Assembly: GCF_009914755.1 (NCBI RefSeq)
Contig: NC_060925.1
Direction: 5' to 3' (one strand)
DNA length: 64,000 nt
DNA from: the human T2T-CHM13v2.0 reference genome, Homo sapiens
Position numbers and translations under genes: made by a program. This document shows, in pieces, positions 16,601-32,200 of this stretch. How positions within the stretch are numbered: the stretch's first letter is position 1; each line of letters starts with the position of its first letter. The notes beneath the pieces are model-generated. The model worked only from the letters and a program-made list of their open reading frames with translations, was not told the origin of the DNA and did no database searches.

Positions 16601-19600
16601 TCATCATCGAATGGAAATGTAAGGAGTCATCATCTAATGGAATTGCATGGAATCATCATAAAATGGAATCGAATGGAATCATCATCAAATGGAATCAAAT
16701 GGAATCATTGAACGGAATTGAATGGAATCGTCATCGAATGAATTGAATGCAATCATCGAATGGTCTCGAATGGAATCATCTTCAAATGGAATGGAAAGGA
16801 ATCATCGCATAGAATCGAATGGAATTATCATCGAATGGAATCGAATGGTATCAACATCAAACGGAAAAAAACGGAATTATCGAATGGAATCGAAGAGAAT
16901 CTTCGAACGGACCCGAATGGAATCATCTAATGGAATGGAATGGAATAATCCATGGACTCGAATGCAATCATCATCGAATGGAATCATCGAATGGACTCGA
17001 ATGGAATAATCATTGAACGGAATCGAATGGAATCATCATCGGATGGAAACGAATGGAATCATCATCGAATGGAATCGAATAGAATTATGGAATGAAATCC
17101 AGTGTGATCATCATCGAATGGACCCGAATGGAATCATCATCCAACGGAAGCTAATGGAATCAACATCGAATGAATCAAATGGAAACACCATCGAATTGAA
17201 ACGAATGGAATTACCATGAAATTGAAATGGATGGACTCATCATCAAATGGATTCGAAAGGAATCATCGAATAAAATTGATTGAAATCATCATCGAATGGA
17301 ATCGAATGGTATCATTGAATGGAATCGAATGGAATCATCATCAGATGGAAATGAAAGGAATCATCATAGAATGGAATCGAATGGATTCATTGAATGGAAT
17401 CAGATGGAATCATTGAATGGACTGGAATGGAATCATTGAATGGACTCGAAAGGGATCATTATTGAATGGAATTGAATGGAATCATCGAATGGTCTCGATT
17501 GGAATCATTATCAAATGGAATCGAATGGAATCACCGAATAGAATCGAATGGAACAATCATCGAATGGACTCAAATGGAATTATCCTCCAATGGAATCGAA
17601 TGGAATTATCGAATGCAATCGAATGGAATTATCGAATGCAATCGAATAGAATCATCGAATGGACTCGAATGGAATCATCGAATGGAATGGAATGGAACAG
17701 TCAATGAACTCGAATGGAATCATCATTGAATGGAATCGAATGGAATCATCGAGTGGAATCGAATGGAATTATGATCAAATGGAATCGAATGTAATCATCA
17801 TCAAATGGAATCAAAAATAACCATCATCAATTGGTATTGAATGGAATTGTCATCAAATGGAATTCAAAGGAATCATCATCAAATGGAACCGAATGGAATC
17901 CTTATTGAATGGAAATGAAAGGGGTCATCATCTAATGGAATCGCATGGAATCATCATCAAATGGAATCGAATGGAATCATCATCAAATGGAATCTAATGG
18001 AATCATTGAAAATAATTGAATGGAATCGTCATCGAATGAATTGAATGCAATCATCGAATGGTTTCGAATGGAATCATCTTATAATGGAAAGGAATGGAAT
18101 CATCGCATAGAATCGAATGGAATTATCATCGAATGGAATCGAATGGTATCAACACCAAACGGAAAAAAACGGAATTATCGAATGGAATCGAAGAGAATCT
18201 TCGAACGGACCCGAATGGAATCATCTAATGGAATGGAATGGAATAATCCATGGACTCGAATGCAATCATCATCGAATGGAATCGAATGGAATCATCGAAT
18301 GGACTCGAATGGAATAATCATTGAACGGAATCGAATGGAATCATCATCGGATGGAAACGAATGGAATCATCATCGAATGGAAATGAAAGGAGTCATCATC
18401 TAATGGAATTGCATGGAATCATCATAAAATGGAATCGAATGGAATCAACATCAAATGGAATCAAATGGAATCATTGAACGGAATTGAATGGAATCGTCAT
18501 CGAATGCATTGAATGCAATCATCGAATGGTCTCGAATGGAATCATCTTCAAATGGAATGGAATGGAATCATCGCATAGAATCAAATGGAATTATCATCGA
18601 ATGGAATCGAATGGAATCAACATCAAACGGAAAAAAACGGAATTATCGAATGGAATCGAAGAGAATCTTCGAACGGACCCGAATGGAATCATCTAATGGA
18701 ATGGAATGGAATAATCCATGGACTCGAATGCAATCATCATCGAATGGAATCGAATGGAACCATCGAATGGACTCGAATGGAATAATCATTGAACGGAATC
18801 GAATGGAATCATCATCGGATGGAAATGAATGGAATCATCATCGAATGGAATCGGATAGAATTATGGAATGAAATCCAGTGTGATCATCATCGAATGGACC
18901 CGAATGGAATCATCATCCAACGGAAGCTAATGGAATCAACATCGAATGAATCGAATGGAAACACCATCGAATAGAAACGAATGGAATTATCATGAAATTG
19001 AAATGGATGGACCCATCATCGAATGGATTCGAATGGAATCATCGAATAAAATTGATTGAAATCATCATCAAATGGATTCGAATGGTGTCATTGAATGGGA
19101 TCGAATGGAATCATCATCAGATGGAAATGAATGGAATCGTCATAGAATGGAATCGAATATATTCATTGAATGGAATCAGATGGAATCATCGAATGGACTG
19201 GAATGGAATCATTGAATGGACTCGAATGGAATCATTATTGAATGGAATTCAATGGAATCATCGAATGGTCTCGATTGGAATCATTATCAAATGGAATCGA
19301 ATGGAATCACCGAATAGAATCGAATGGAACAATCATCGAATGGACTCAAATGGAATTATCCTCAAATGGAATGGAATGGAATTATCGAATGCAATCGAAT
19401 GGAATTATCGAATGCAATCGAATAAAATCATCGAATGGACTCGAATGGAATCATCGAATGGAATGGAATGGAACAGTCAATGAACTCGAATGGAATCATC
19501 ATTGAATGGAATCGAATGGAATCATCGAGTAGAATCGAATGGAATTATGATCAAATGGAATCGAATGTAATCCTCATCAAATGGAATCAAAAATAACCAT

Positions 19601-19631
19601 CATCAATTGGTATTGAATGGAATTGTCATCA
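10631..19631 (+). repeat. 9,001-bp tandem duplication, copy 2
   Basis: Same order of structural variants and rare substitutions as copy 1; seven differences found by eye. Confidence 0.92.
16107..16721 (+). repeat. Divergent 615-bp module, copy 2
   Basis: Module starts 16107 and 16722; two TCAAGCGG motifs 147 bp apart. Confidence 0.88.
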
Positions 19632-21750
19632 AATGGAATTCAAAGGAATCATCATCAAATGGAACCGAATGGAATCCTCATTGAATGGAAATGAAAGGAG
19701 TCATCATCTAATGGAATCACATGGAATCATCATCAAATGGAATCGAATGGAATCATCATCAAATGGAATCTAAGGGAATCATTGAACAGAATTGAATGGA
19801 ATCGTCATCGAATGAATTGAATGCAATCATCGAATGGTCTCGAATGGAATCATCTTCTAATGGAAAGGAATGGAATCATCGCATAGAATCGAATGGAATT
19901 ATCATCGAATGGAATCGAATGGTATCAACACCAAACGGAAAAAAACGGAATTATCGAATGGAATCGAAGAGAATCTTCGAACGGACCTGAATGGAATCAT
20001 CTAATGGAATGGAATGGAATAATCCATGGACTCGAATGCAATCATCATCGAATGGAATCGAATGGAATCATCGAATGGACTCGAATGGAATAATCATTGA
20101 ACGGAATCGAATGGAATCATCATCGGATGGAAACGAATGGAATCATCATCGAATGGAAATGAAAGGAGTCATCATCTAATGGAATTGCATGGAATCATCA
20201 TAAAATGGAATCGAATGGAATCAACATCAAATGGAATCAAATGGAATCATTGAACGGAATTGAATGGAATCGTCATCGAATGCATTGAATGCAATCATCG
20301 AATGGTCTCGAATGGAATCATCTTCAAATGGAATGGAATGGAATCATCGCATAGAATCAAATGGAATTATCATCGAATGGAATCGAATGGAATCAACATC
20401 AAACGGAAAAAAACGGAATTATCGAATGGAATCGAAGAGAATCTTCGAACGGACCCGAATGGAATCATCTAATGGAATGGAATGGAATAATCCATGGACT
20501 CGAATGCAATCATCATCGAATGGAATCGAATGGAACCATCGAATGGACTCGAATGGAATAATCATTGAACGGAATCGAATGGAATCATCATCGGATGGAA
20601 ATGAATGGAATCATCATCGAATGGAATCGGATAGAATTATGGAATGAAATCCAGTGTGATCATCATCGAATGGACCCGAATGGAATCATCATCCAACGGA
20701 AGCTAATGGAATCAACATCGAATGAATCGAATGGAAACACCATCGAATAGAAACGAATGGAATTATCATGAAATTGAAATGGATGGACCCATCATCGAAT
20801 GGATTCGAATGGAATCATCGAATAAAATTGATTGAAATCATCATCAAATGGATTCGAATGGTGTCATTGAATGGGATCGAATGGAATCATCATCAGATGG
20901 AAATGAATGGAATCGTCATAGAATGGAATCGAATATATTCATTGAATGGAATCAGATGGAATCATCGAATGGACTGGAATGGAATCATTGAATGGACTCG
21001 AATGGAATCATTATTGAATGGAATTGAATGGAATCATCGAATGGTCTCGATTGGAATCATTATCAAATGGAATCGAATGGAATCACCGAATAGAATCGAA
21101 TGGAACAATCATCGAATGGACTCAAATGGAATTATCCTCAAATGGAATGGAATGGAATTATCGAATGCAATCGAATGGAATTATCGAATGCAATCGAATA
21201 AAATCATCGAATGGACTCGAATGGAATCATCGAATGGAATGGAATGGAACAGTCAATGAACTCGAATGGAATCATCATTGAATGGAATCGAATGGAATCA
21301 TCGAGTAGAATCGAATGGAATTATGATCAAATGGAATCGAATGTAATCCTCATCAAATGGAATCAAAAATAAACATCATCAATTGGTATTGAATGGAATT
21401 GTCATCAAATGGAATTCAAAGGAATCATCATCAAATGGAACCGAATGGAATCCTCATTGAATGGAAATGAAAGGAGTCATCATCTAATGGAATCACATGG
21501 AATCATCATCAAATGGAATCGAATGGAATCATCATCAAATGGAATCTAAGGGAATCATTGAACAGAATTGAATGGAATCGTCATCGAATGAATTGAATGC
21601 AATCATCGAATGGTCTCGAATGGAATCATCTTCTAATGGAAAGGAATGGAATCATCGCATAGAATCGAATGGAATTATCATCGAATGGAATCGAATGGTA
21701 TCAACACCAAACGGAAAAAAACGGAATTATCGAATGGAATCGAAGAGAAT
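18200..21750 (+). repeat. Tandem duplication of one variant 1,776-bp unit
   Basis: Rare variants GAATGCATTG, ATCGGATAG, GGACCCATC, ATGGGATCG, GAATATATTC, CGAGTAGAA and TCTAAGGGAA recur at +1776 (landmarks 18488/20264 and 18992/20768). The start is bracketed to about 18082-18283. Confidence 0.88.
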
Positions 21751-23187
21751 CTTCGAACGGACCCGAATGGAATCATCTAATGGAATGGAATGGAATAATC
21801 CATGGACTCGAATGCAATCATCATCGAATGGAATGGAATGGAATCATCGAATGGACTCGAATGGAATAATCATTGAACGGAATCGAATGGAATCATCATC
21901 GGATGGAAACGAATGGAATCATCATCGAATGGAAATGAAAGGAGTCATCATCTAATGGAATTGCATGGAATCATCATAAAATGGAATCGAATGGAATCAA
22001 CATCAAATGGAATCAAATGGAATCATTGAACGCAATTGAATGGAATCGTCATCGAATGAATTGACTGCAATCATCGAATGGTCTCGAATGGAATCATCTT
22101 CAAATGGAATGGAATGGAATCATCGCATAGAATCGAATGGAATTATCATCGAATGGAATCGAATGGAATCAACATCAAACGGAAAAAAACGGAATTATCG
22201 AATGGAATCGAAGAGAATCATCGAATGGACCCGAATGGAATCATCTAATGGAATGGAATGGAATAATCCATGGACTCGAATGCAATCATCATCGAATGGA
22301 ATCGAATGGAATCATCGAATGGACTCGAATGGAATAATCATTGAACGGAATCGAATGGAATCATCATCGGATGGAAATGAATGGAATCATCATCGAATGG
22401 AATCGAATAGAATTATGGAATGAAATCCAGTGTGATCATCATCGAATGGACCCGAATGGAATCATCATCCAACGGAAGCTAATGGAATCAACATCGAATG
22501 AATCAAATGGAAACACCATCGAATTGAAACGAATGGAATTATCATGAAATTGAAATGGATGGACTCATCATCGAATGGATTGGAAAGGAATCATCGAATA
22601 AAATTGATTGAAATCATCATTGAATGGAATCGAATGGTATCATTGAATGGAATCGAATGGAATCATCATCAGATGGAAATGAATGGAATCGTCATAGAAT
22701 GGAATCGAATGGATTCATTGAATGGAATCAGATGGAATCATCGAATGGACTGGAATGGAATCATTGAATGGACTCGAAAGGGATCATGATTGAATGGAAT
22801 TGAATGGAATCATCGAATGGTCTCGATTGGAATCATTATCAAATGGAATCGAATGGAATCACCGAATAGAATCGAATGGAACAATCATCTAATGGACTCA
22901 AATGGAATTATCCTCAAATGGAATCGAATGGAATTATCGAATGCAATCGAATGGAATTATCGAATGCAATCGAATAGAATCATCGAAAGGACTCGAATGG
23001 AATTATCGAATGGAATGGAATGGAACAGTCAATGAACTCGAATGGAATCATCATTGAATGGAATCGAATGGAATCATCGAGTGGAATCGAATGGAATTAT
23101 GATCAAATGGAATCGAATGTAATCATCATCAAATGGAATCAAAAATAACCATCATCAATTGGTATTGAATGGAATTGTCATCAAATG

Positions 23188-24250
23188 GAATTCAAAGGAA
23201 TCATCATCAAATGGAACCGAATGGAATCCTCATTGAATGGAAATGAAAGGGGTCATCATCTAATGGAATCGCATGGAATCATCATCAAATGGAATCGAAT
23301 GGAATCATCATCAAATGGAATCTAATGGAATCATTGAACAGAATTGAATGGAATCGTCATCGAATGAATTGAATGCAATCATCGAATGGTCTCGAATGGA
23401 ATCATCTTCTAATGGAAAGGAATGGAATCATCGCATAGAATCGAATGGAATTATCATCGAATGGAATCGAATGGTATCAACACCAAACGGAAAAAAACGG
23501 AATTATCGAATGGAATCGAAGAGAATCTTCGAACGGACCCGAATGGAATCATCTAATGGAATGGAATGGAATAATCCATGGACTCGAATGCAATCATCAT
23601 CGAATGGAATCGAATGGAATCATCGAATGGGCTCGAATGGAATAATCATTGAAAGGAATCGAATGGAATCATCATCGGATGGAAACGAATGGAATCATCA
23701 TCGAATGGAAATGAAAGGAGTCATCATCTAATGCAATTGCATGGAATCATCATCAAATTGAATCGAATGGAATCAACATCAAATGGAATCTAATGGAATC
23801 ATTGAACAGAATTGAATGGAATCGTCATCGAATGAATTGACTGCAATCATCGAATGGTCTCGAATGGAATCATCTTCAAATGGAATGGAATGGAATCATC
23901 GCATAGAATCGAATGGAATTATCATCGAATGGAATCGAATGGAATCAACATCAAACGGAAAAAAACGGAATTATCGAATGGAATCGAAGAGAATCATCGA
24001 ATGGACCCGAATGGAATCATCTAATGGAATGGAATGGAATAATCCATGGACTCGAATGCAATCATCATCGAATGGAATCGAATGGAATCATCGAGTGGAC
24101 TCGAATGCAATCATCATTGAATGGAATCGAATGGAATCATCGAGTGGAATCGAATGGAATTATGATCAAATGGAATCGAATGTAATCATCATCAAATGGA
24201 ATCAAAAATAACCATCATCAATTGGTATTGAATGGAATTGTCATCAAATG
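23188..24250 (+). repeat. Truncated 1,063-bp unit with a 713-bp deletion of the single-copy core
   Basis: EcoRI sites at 23188 and 24251 are 1,063 bp apart; CCAGTGTG, ATGAAATTGAAA and AACAGTC are absent; the junction is near 24100-24120. Confidence 0.88.
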
Positions 24251-26627
24251 GAATTCAAAGGAATCATCAACAAATGGAACCGAATGGAATCCTCATTGAA
24301 TGGAAATGAAAGGGGTCATCATCTAATGGAATCACATGGAATCATCATCAAATGGAATCGAATGGAATCTTCATCAAATGGAATCTAATGGAATCATTGA
24401 ACAGAATTGAATGGAATCGTCATCGAATGAATTGAATGCAATCATCGAATGGTCTCGAATGGAATCATCTTCTAATGGAAAGGAATGGAATCATCGCATA
24501 GAATCGAATGGAATTATCATCGAATGGAATCGAATGGTATCAACACCAAACGGAAAAAAACGGAATTATCGAATGGAATCGAAGAGAATCTTCGAACGGA
24601 CCCGAATGGAATCATCTAATGGAATGGAATGGAATAATCCATGGACTCGAATGCAATCATCATCGAATGGAATCGAATGGAATCATCGAATGGACTCGAA
24701 TGGAATAATCATTGAACGGAATCGAATGGAATCATCATCGGATGGAAACGAATGGAATCATCATCGAATGGAAATGAAAGGAGTCATCATCTAATGGAAT
24801 TGCATGGAATCATCATCAAATGGAATCGAATGGAATCAACATCAAATGGAATCAAATGGAATCATTGAACGGAATTGAATGGAATCGTCATCGAATGAAT
24901 TGACTGCAATCATCGAATGGTCTCGGAATCATCTTCAAATGGAATGGAATGGAATCATCGCATAGAATCCAATGGAATTATCATCGAATGGAATCGAATG
25001 GAATCAACATCAAACGGAAAAAAACGGAATTATCGAATGGAATCGAAGAGAATCATCGAATGGACCCGAATGGAATCATCTAATGGAATGGAATGGAATA
25101 ATCCATGGACTCGAATGCAATCATCATCGAATGGAATCGAATGGAATCATCGAGTGGACTCGAATGGAATAATCATTGAACGGAATCGAATGGAATCATC
25201 ATCGGATGGAAATGAATGGAATCATCATCGAATGGAATCGAATAGAATTATGGAATGAAATCCAGTGTGATCATCATCGAATGGACCCGAATGGAATCAT
25301 CATCCAACGGAAGCTAATGGAATCAACATCGAATGAATCGAATGGAAACACCATCGAATTGAAACGAATGGAATTATCATGAAATTGAAATGGATGGACT
25401 CATCATCGAATGGATTCGAATGGAATCATCGAATAAAATTGATTGAAATCATCATCCAATGGAATCGAATGGTATCATTGAATGGAATCGAATGGAATCA
25501 TCATCAGATGGAAATGAATGGAATCGTCATAGAATGGAATCGAATGGATTCATTGAATGGAATCAGATGGAATCATCGAATGGACTGGAATGGAATCATT
25601 GAATGGACTCGAAAGGGATCATGATTGAATGGAATTGAATGGAATCATCGAATGGTCTCGATTGGAATCATTATCAAATGGAATCGAATGGAATCACCGA
25701 ATAGAATCGAATGGAACAATCATCGAATGGACTCAAATGGAATTATCCTTAAATGGAATCGAATGGTATTATCGAATGCAATCGAATAGAATCATCGAAT
25801 GGACTCGAATGGAATCATCGAATGGAATGGAATGGAACAGTCAATGAACTCGAATGGAATCATCATTGAATGGAATCGAATGGAATCATCGAGTGGAATC
25901 GAATGGAATTATGATCAAATGGAATCGAATGTAATCATCATCAAATGGAATCAAAAATAACCATCATCAATTGGTATTGAATGGAATTGTCATCAAATGG
26001 AATTCAAAGGAATCATCATCAAATGGAACCGAATGGAATCCTCATTGAATGGAAATGAAAGGGGTCATCATCTAATGGAATCGCATGGAATCATCATCAA
26101 ATGGAATCGAATGGAATCATCATCAAATGGAATCTAATGGAATCATTGAACAGAATTGAATGGAATCGTCATCGAATGAATTGAATGCAATTATCGAATG
26201 GTCTCGAATGGAATCATCTTATAATGGAAAGGAATGGAATCATCGCATAGAATCGAATGGAATTATCATCGAATGGAATCGAATGGTATCAACACCAAAC
26301 GGAAAAAAACGGAATTATCGAATGGAATCGAAGAGAATCTTCGAACGGACCCGAATGGAATCATCTAATGGAATGGAATGGAATAATCCATGGACTCGAA
26401 TGCAATCATCATCGAATGGAATCGAATGGAATCATCGAATGGACTCGAATGGAATAATCATTGAACGGAATCGAATAGAATCATCATCGGATGGAAACGA
26501 ATGGAATCATCATCGAATGGAAATGAAAGGAGTCATCATCTAATGGAATTGCATGGAATCATCATAAAATGGAATCGAATGGAATCAACATCAAATGGAA
26601 TCAAATGGAATCATTGAACGGAATTGA

Positions 26628-27242
26628 ATGGAATCGTCATCGAATGAATTGACTGCAATCATCGAATGGTCTCGAATGTAATCACATTCTAATGGAAAGG
26701 AATGGAATCATCGCATAGAATCGAATGGAATCAACATTGAATGGACTCGAATGGAATCAACATCAAACGGAATCAAGCGGAATTATCGAATGGAATCGAA
26801 GAGAATCATCGAATGGTCTCGAATGGAATCATCTTCTAATGGAAAGGAATGGAATCATCGCATAGAATCGAATGGAATTAACATTGAATGGACTCGAATG
26901 GAATCAACATCAAATGGAATCAAGCGGAATTATCGAATGAAATCAAAGAGAATCATCGAATGGACTCGAATGGAATCATCTAATGGAATGGAATGGAATA
27001 ATCCACGGACTCGAATGCAATCATCATCGTATAGAATCTAATGGAATCATCGAATGGACTCGAATGGAATAATCATTGAACGGAAGCGAATGGAATCATC
27101 ATCGGATGGAAACGAATGGAATCATCATCGAATGGAAATGAAAGGAGTCATCATCTAATGGAATTGCATGGAATCATCATAAAATGGAATCGAATGGAAT
27201 CAACATCAAATGGAATCAAATGGAATCATTGAACGGAATTGA
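26628..27242 (+). repeat. Divergent 615-bp module, copy 3
   Basis: Module starts 26628 and 27243; carries TCAAGCGG twice, AATGTAATCACATTC, CCACGGACTC and CATCGTATAG. Confidence 0.87.
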
Positions 27243-29299
27243 ATGGAATCGTCATCGAATGAATTGACTGCAATCATCGAATGGTCTCGAATGGAATCAT
27301 CTTCAAATGGAATGGAATGGAATCATCGCATAGAATCGAATGGAATTATCATCGAATGGAATCGAATGGAATCAACATCAAACGGAAAAAAACGGAATTA
27401 TCGAATGGAATCGAAGAGAATCATCGAATGGACCCGAATGGAATCATCTAATGGAATGGAATGGAATAATCCATGGACTCGAATGCAATCATCATCGAAT
27501 GGAATCGAATGGAATCATCGAATGGACTCGAATGGAATAATCATTGAACGGAATCGAATGGAATCATCATCGGATGGAAATGAATGGAATCATCATCGAA
27601 TGGAATCGAATAGAATTATGGAATGAAATCCAGTGTGATCATCATCGAATGGACCCGAATGGAATCATCATCCAACGGAAGCTAATGGAATCAACATCGA
27701 ATGAATCGAATGGAAACACCATCGAATTGAAACGAATGGAATTATCATGAAATTGAAATGGATGGACTCATCATCGAATGGATTCGAATGGAATCATCGA
27801 ATAAAATTGATTGAAATCATCATCCAATGGAATCGAATGGTATCATTGAATGGAATCGAATGGAATCATCATCAGATGGAAATGAATGGAATCGTCATAG
27901 AATGGAATCGAATGGATTTATTGAATGGAATCAGATGGAATCATCGAATGGACTGGAATGGAATCATTGAATGGACTCGAAAGGGATCATGATTGAATGG
28001 AATTGAATGGAATCATCGAATGGTCTCGATTGGAATCATTATCAAATGGAATCGAATGGAATCACCGAATACAATCGAATGGAACAATCATCGAATGGAC
28101 TCAAATGGAATTATCCTCAAATGGAATCGAATGGAATTATCGAATGCAATCGAATGGAATTATCGAATGCAATCGAATAGAATCATCGAATGGACTCGAA
28201 TGGAATCATCGAATGGAATGGAATGGAACAGTCAATGAACTCGAATGGAATCATCATTGAATGGAATCGAATGGAATCATCGAGTGGAATCGAATGGAAT
28301 TATGATCAAATGGAATCGAATGTAATCATCATCAAATGGAATCAAAAATAACCATCATCAATTGGTATTGAATGGAATTGTCATCAAATGGAATTCAAAG
28401 GAATCATCATCAAATGGAACCGAATGGAATCCTCATTGAATGGAAATGAAAGGGGTCATCATCTAATGGAATCGCATGGAATCATCATCAAATGGAATCG
28501 AATGGAATCATCATCAAATGGAATCTAATGGAATCATTGAACAGAATTGAATGGAATCGTCATCGAATGAATTGAATGCAATCATCGAATGGTCTCGAAT
28601 GGAATCATCTTCTAATGGAAAGGAATGGAATCATCGCATAGAATCGAATGGAATTATCATCGAATGGAATCGAATGGTATCAACACCAAACGGAAAAAAA
28701 CGGAATTATCGAATGGAATCGAAGAGAATCTTCGAACGGACCCGAATGGAATCATCTAATGGAATGGAATGGAATAATCCATGGACTCGAATGCAATCAT
28801 CATCGAATGGAATCGAATGGAATCATCGAATGGACTCGAATGGAATAATCATTGAACGGAATCGAATGGAATCATCATCGGATGGAAACGAATGGAATCA
28901 TCATCGAATGGAAATGAAAGGAGTCATCATCTAATGGAATTGCATGGAATCATCATAAAATGGAATCGAATGGAATCAACATCAAATGGAATCAAATGGA
29001 ATCATTGAACGGAATTGAATGGAATCGTCATCGAATGAATTGACTGCAATCATCGAATGGTCTCGAATGGAATCATCTTCAAATGGAATGGAATGGAATC
29101 ATCGCATAGAATCGAATGGAATTATCATCGAATGGAATCGAATGGAATCAACATCAAACGGAAAAAAACGGAATTATCGAATGGAATCGAAGAGAATCAT
29201 CGAATGGACCCGAATGGAATCATCTAATGGAATGGAATGGAATAATCCATGGACTCGAATGCAATCATCATCGAATGGAATCGAATGGAATCATCGAAT

Positions 29300-32200
29300 G
29301 GACTCGAATGGAATAATCATTGAACGGAATCGAATGGAATCATCATCGGATGGAAATGAAAGGAGTCATCATCTAATGGAATTGCATGGAATCATCATAA
29401 AATGGAATCGAATGGAATCAACATCAAATGGAATCAAATGGAATCATTGAACGGAATTGAATGGAATCGTCGTCGAATGAATTGACTGCAATCATCGAAT
29501 GGTCTCGAATGGAATCATCTTCAAATGGAATGGAATGGAATCATCGCATAGAATCGAATGGAATTATCATCGAATGGAATCGAATGGAATCAACATCAAA
29601 CGGAAAAAAACGGAATTATCGAATGGAATCGAAGAGAATCATCGAATGGACCCGAATGGAATCATCTAATGGAATGGAATGGAATAATCCATGGACTCGA
29701 ATGCAATCATCATCGAATGGAATCGAATGGAATCATCGAATGGACCCGAATGGAATCATCATCCAACGGAAGCTAAGGGAATCAACATCGAATGAATCGA
29801 ATGGAAACACCATCGAATTGAAACGAATGGAATTATCATGAAATTGAAATGGATGGACTCATCATCGAATGGATTCGAATGGAATCATCGAATAAAATTG
29901 ATTGAAATCATCATCGAATGGAATCGAATGGTATCATTGAATGAAATCGAATGGAATCATCATCAGATGGAAATGAATGGAATCGTCATAGAATGGAATC
30001 GAATGGATTCATTGAATGGAATCAGATGGAATCATCGAATGGACTGGAATGGAATCATTGAATGGACTCGAAAGGGATCATGATTGAATGGAATTGAATG
30101 GAATCATCGAATGGTCTCGATTGGAATCATTATCAAATGGAATCGAATGGAATCACCGAATAGAATCGAATGGAACAATCATCGAATGGACTCAAATGGA
30201 ATTATCCTCAAATGGAATCGAATGGAATTATCGAATGCAATCGAATGGAATTATCGAATGCAATCGAATAGAATCATCGAATGGACTCGAATGGAATCAT
30301 CGAATGGAATGGAATGGAACAGTCAATGAACACGAATGGAATCATCATTGAATGGAATCGAATGGAATCATCGAGTGGAATCGAATGGAATTATGATCAA
30401 ATGGAATCGAATGTAATCATCATCAAATGGAATCAAAAATAACCATCATCAATTGGTATTGAATGGAATTGTCATCAAATGGAATTCAAAGGAATCATCA
30501 TCAAATGGAACCGAATGGAATCCTCATTGAATGGAAATGAAAGGGGTCATCATCTAATGGAATCGCATGGAATCATCATCAAATGGAATCGAATGGAATC
30601 ATCATCAAATGGAATCTAATGGAATCATTGAACAGAATTGAATGGAATCGTCATCGAATGAATTGAATGCAATCATCGAATGGTCTCGAATGGAATCATC
30701 TTCTAATGGAAAGGAATGGAATCATCGCATAGAATCGAATGGAATTATCATCGAATGGAATCGAATGGTATCAACACCAAACGGAAAAAAACGGAATTAT
30801 CGAATGGAATCGAAGAGAATCTTCGAACGGACCCGAATGGAATCATCTAATGGAATGGAATGGAATAATCCATGGACTCGAATGCAATCATCATCGAATG
30901 GAATCGAATGGAATCATCGAATGGACTCGAATGGAATAATCATTGAACGGAATCGAATGGAATCATCATCGGATGGAAACGAATGGAATCATCATCGAAT
31001 GGAAATGAAAGGAGTCATCATCTAATGCAATTGCATGGAATCATCATCAAATGGAATCGAATGGAATCAACATCAAATGGAATCTAATGGAATCATTGAA
31101 CGGAATTGAATGGAATCGTCATCGAATGAATTGACTGCAATCATCGAATGGTCTCGAATGGAATCATCTTCAAATGGAATGGAATGGAATCATCGCATAG
31201 AATCGAATGGAATTATCATCGAATGGAATCGAATGGAATCAACATCAAACGGAAAAAAACGGAATTATCGAATGGAATCGAAGAGAATCATCGAATGGAC
31301 CCGAATGGAATCATCTAATGGAATGGAATGGAATAATCCATGGACTCGAATGCAATCATCATCGAAGGGAATCGAATGGAATCATCGAATGGACTCGAAT
31401 GGAATAATCATTGAACGGAATCGAATGGAATCATCATCGGATGGAAATGAATGGAATCATCATCGAATGGAATCGAATAGAATTATGGAATGAAATCCAG
31501 TGTGATCATCATCGAATGGACCCGAATGGAATCATCATCCAACGGAAGCTAATGGAGTCAACATCGAATGAATCAAATGGAAACACCATCGAATTGAAAC
31601 GAATGGAATTATCATGAAATTGAAACGGATGGACTCATCATCGAATGGATTCGAATGGAATCATCGAATAAAATTGATTGAAATCATCATCCAATGCAAT
31701 CGAATGGTATCATTGAATGGAATCGAATGGAATCATCATCAGATGGAAATGAATGGAATCGTCATAGAATGGAATCGAATGGATTCATTGAATGGAATCA
31801 GATGGAATCATCGAATGGACTTGAATGGAATCATTGAATGGACTCGAAAGGGATCATGATTGAATGGAATTGAATGGAATCATCGAATGGTCTCGATTGG
31901 AATCATTATCAAATGGAATCGAATGGAATCACCGAATAGAATCGAATGGAACAATCATCGAATGGACTCAAATGGAATTATCCTCAAATGGAATCGAATG
32001 GAATTATCAAATGCAATCGAATGGAATTATCGAATGCAATCGAATAGAATCATCGAATGGACTCGAATGGAATCATCGAATGGAATGGAATGGAACAGTC
32101 AATGAACTCGAATGGAATCATCATTGAATGGAATCGAATGGAATCATCGAGTGGAATCGAATGGAATTATGATCAAATGGAATCGAATGTAATCATCATC

